Below are positions 61,878 through 64,000 of a DNA stretch of 64,000 nucleotides, one piece after another. Under the pieces are notes generated by a model. It made no database searches. It saw only the letters and a program-made list of their open reading frames with translations, and had not been told where the DNA came from. The stretch is from Anaerolineae bacterium (GTDB lineage Bacteria > Chloroflexota > Anaerolineae > Aggregatilineales > Phototrophicaceae), in the NCBI GenBank assembly GCA_034437555.1, contig DAOTTQ010000060.1, positions 21,073-85,072 on the forward strand, written 5' to 3'. The position numbers and the translations under genes are program-made. The number at the start of each line of letters is the position of its first letter. Positions within the stretch are counted from its first letter, which is position 1.

Positions 61878-64000
61878 AAGCTATTTTTAGGTTTTGTTAG
61901 GAGACTTTGCCGAAAATGCTTGCGTGATTGGGTTAATTCGTGTTATTCTATTTCAAGTGTTGCTTTCGCAGTTCTATTTTACGGATTTCCTTTCTCTTTT
62001 CGCTGTCTGTTATCTAATAGCTCTTTGGTGTTTTCGTTTAAGAGTTTTGCAGTTTAGTTAACAAACAGAATGGTACTCGGCGTATGGATAAAAAAATGTC
62101 CATGTTGCACCCCGTTTAACATGGACATCCATTCGTTTGGTCGCCTTTTGGGCAACGAAAAGAGAAACAAAAAAGATTGAAGCAGATTCAGTCACTATTA
62201 TATCTTAGAGAGGGGGGTTGTTACAAGTGATTTTAGTACAGATAATGCGCCTAAACCAAAATAATCACGCTATTGCTCTCCAAAATATGGGAGAAAAAGA
62301 GAGCAATGATTATTTTGGTGCGCTTGGGGAAAGCGCATCGTCTCTGTACAAGCAAGGTTTTAACGTCTTTCCGCAACCGTTCAAGAGAAAATCGGGGTAC
62401 TCTTGGCAACCTTTGCAGATTGTAAGACTTTCGAATAAGTCATACCCACACTTTACAGACATTATCAGTGGGTATGTTAATTTAGCGGTGATGTGTGGTC
62501 GCACAAGCAATAATCTTTTTGTTTTGGACTGCGAATCACCAGAATCTTTGAACTATCATATGGAACAGCTACGCGCCCGCAAAATACCGCTTTATGTGTC
62601 AAAAACAGCGCGTGGTGGTCATATTTATCTTTTTTGCGCATCAGGTGAAGTCCATAACATCAAGTCGGGGGTAATTAAAGATATTGAAGTACGTGGGCGT
62701 AATCTATACGTACTCGCCCCACCCTCTTTACACCCTTCGGGCGCACCGTATGAATGGCTTATTCGCCAGTCGGATAAACCGCCCACTGTGAGCGTACAAG
62801 ATATTGATTGGTTGATGGATAAAAGAGGCAACTCTGTTCCGCTACAAGCCAACGCTCGTGGAAAGCATGGCTCTGTTCCACATTTATCACTTATTTCACC
62901 TTACTCGTCGCTTTCTAATACGACCCGTGATTACATTAAAAACGGGCATCTTATCCCAGAGGGCTACCGCAACAACGCGCTCTTTAGCGCAGCCTGCGAT
63001 ATGGTAGGTAATCACTATACCTATTCAGAAGTTTCTTCGATGCTTTGTACGCCTGCTCAACTAAGCGGGCTATTGCTTGATGAAATAGAAGCCACTATTC
63101 AAAGCGCGTTTAGCCGTCCGCGCGAGCCTGCTCGTAAGATAAACCCGCGCCTTAAAGAACAACAAAATAACGAAACGACATGGCAGCTAGCGATGGCGTT
63201 TGCTTCAAAATACGATTGGTCTTTTTCGTATGGCAATAATTTCCGAGCGTTGTTTCTTGCCTTAGTAGAACGTTGCCGTTTAGGAAGCAACTCTAAGGGT
63301 ATTTTTAGGGCGAGTATTCGTGAACTAGCAGAATTAGCACGCATGGGCATTAACACGGTTCAGCGACTGCTTAAAAAGTTTATAAAACTTAATCTGATTC
63401 TTTCTAGCGGTACTGATAAAGTCAGTAGCGCAAACCTTTGGATGTTCACAGATGACGTGCTTGCTAAGGCAAAAAAGCTAGTTTTGGCTGATAAAGCCTT
63501 CCGTTTGCCCTCCCATTGGCTAGATTTTACGCAAGCGATGAAACAAAGTGATGCGTCCGAAAGTGGTGCAATGGGCAGGGGCGCAATGTTCCTTTATCAG
63601 TTTATGAAGGCAACTAAACGTGCAATGTTACCTAGTGCGTTGTCTGTTGCTTCTGGTATGACGCTGAATCAGGTGAACTATGCATTGTCTAAACTTCGTG
63701 AGTTGGGACTTGTAACACGCCATATTTTAGGCTGGTATCCTGTTTGCTATTCGCTAGATGAGTTAACACAGCATGTTTTATACCAACGCCCACGCATTAA
63801 AGGGCGCGGTGAACGCCGTAAACAACGGTTTTTGAACGCACGTCAGGCGTTTGTGTCGCGTGTTATTTATATTGCGCGTCAAGTTTCTGATGGCATAAAG
63901 AATCCTTATATGGTAAGACCGAACCTTTTGCGTGTGGATGAGGCAGATGAGGATATAAAAGCTTTGTTTAGGTCACATCAGGTACAAAAAGAATTGCAAA
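61878..64000 (+). mobile_element. Probable edge of an integrated mobile element or plasmid-like replication module (AT-rich leader plus PrimPol gene); extends beyond the window
   Basis: There is an abrupt switch from housekeeping genes to an AT-rich ~350-nt non-coding stretch and a PrimPol/PriCT-1 replication gene. No integrase or att repeat is visible within the window. Confidence 0.4.
62227..64000 (+). CDS. Bifunctional DNA primase/polymerase (AEP PrimPol) N-terminal domain + PriCT-1-like domain + wHTH-like C-terminal region; 3' end beyond the window
   Basis: This ORF is not in the supplied track. I translated it by hand and found 591 sense codons from GTG 62227 (stop TAG at 62206-62208 upstream, GAGAGGGGGG 9 nt upstream) to nt 64000. 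Motifs: NLFVLDCES (Asp 62527-62529, Glu 62533-62535), TARGGHIYLF (His 62620-62622), IEVRGRNLYVLAPPSLHPSGAPYEW, and PriCT-1-like GYRNNALFSAACDM. Confidence 0.75.
   Translation, partial: MILVQIMRLNQNNHAIALQNMGEKESNDYFGALGESASSLYKQGFNVFPQPFKRKSGYSWQPLQIVRLSNKSYPHFTDIISGYVNLAVMCGRTSNNLFVLDCESPESLNYHMEQLRARKIPLYVSKTARGGHIYLFCASGEVHNIKSGVIKDIEVRGRNLYVLAPPSLHPSGAPYEWLIRQSDKPPTVSVQDIDWLMDKRGNSVPLQANARGKHGSVPHLSLISPYSSLSNTTRDYIKNGHLIPEGYRNNALFSAACDMVGNHYTYSEVSSMLCTPAQLSGLLLDEIEATIQSAFSRPREPARKINPRLKEQQNNETTWQLAMAFASKYDWSFSYGNNFRALFLALVERCRLGSNSKGIFRASIRELAELARMGINTVQRLLKKFIKLNLILSSGTDKVSSANLWMFTDDVLAKAKKLVLADKAFRLPSHWLDFTQAMKQSDASESGAMGRGAMFLYQFMKATKRAMLPSALSVASGMTLNQVNYALSKLRELGLVTRHILGWYPVCYSLDELTQHVLYQRPRIKGRGERRKQRFLNARQAFVSRVIYIARQVSDGIKNPYMVRPNLLRVDEADEDIKALFRSHQVQKELQ

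Noticed and set aside
61878-62226. A tRNA or tmRNA gene as the integration target next to the PrimPol gene
   Set aside because: No cloverleaf-compatible sequence or GTTCGAATC-like T-arm was found by eye in this interval or elsewhere in the window. A tRNAscan run would be needed for certainty.
3044-64000. The idea that ParA (3 kb) and PrimPol (62 kb) belong to one large element or plasmid spanning the window
   Set aside because: The interval is filled with core housekeeping genes (glpD, acs, rarA, gpmI, an rRNA methyltransferase) of host-like composition. A chromid or megaplasmid cannot be excluded without the full replicon.

Overview
This is a gene-dense 64-kb bacterial chromosomal window with about 43 protein-coding genes. 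I found no rRNA, tRNA or CRISPR array. Hand counts on sample lines give about 50% G+C, with visibly AT-richer stretches at about 27-31 kb and right of 61.9 kb. The gene content includes very large multi-GAF/PAS histidine kinases, an N-terminally anchored 3138-aa PKD/TolB-propeller surface protein, a Uma2 endonuclease, a CUT1 sugar ABC system, and Wzm/Wzt glycan export without LPS-core genes. That mix resembles Chloroflexota-like bacteria, but the taxon is inference only. Gene order, left to right: a 5'-truncated GT-C-like membrane protein; an orphan ParA plus a noncanonical ParB-HTH partner; glpD; a 1896-aa sensor kinase followed by a threonine-synthase-like PLP enzyme fused to a receiver domain, a stand-alone receiver and a GNAT; acs; a minus-strand sugar ABC operon; rarA; a secreted astacin; a truncated pyruvate-kinase-like protein; a cytochrome c; Uma2. 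Next comes an ABC-transporter-dependent glycan cluster: GT2, Wzm, Wzt with a C-terminal binding domain, two methyltransferases, a NeuA-like cytidylyltransferase, two dehydrogenases and a GT42/DUF115-like transferase. It is followed by an RlmI-like and a ROK-like gene. A minus-strand group then encodes a secreted PPC-clostripain protease, a small secreted protein, the giant surface protein and a membrane coiled-coil protein. The rest is a FecR / CHASE2 kinase / FecR operon; MFS; GlcG; an RR / tyrosine-phosphatase / HK operon; gpmI; and DUF427. A PrimPol/PriCT-1/wHTH replication gene (62227 to beyond 64000) is absent from the supplied ORF track because it runs off the window, and it probably marks the edge of an integrated mobile element. 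The best candidates for new biology are the kinase / ThrC-REC / REC / GNAT module, the PrimPol element edge, the giant surface protein with ten Cys-bracketed modules, and the orphan ParA pair.
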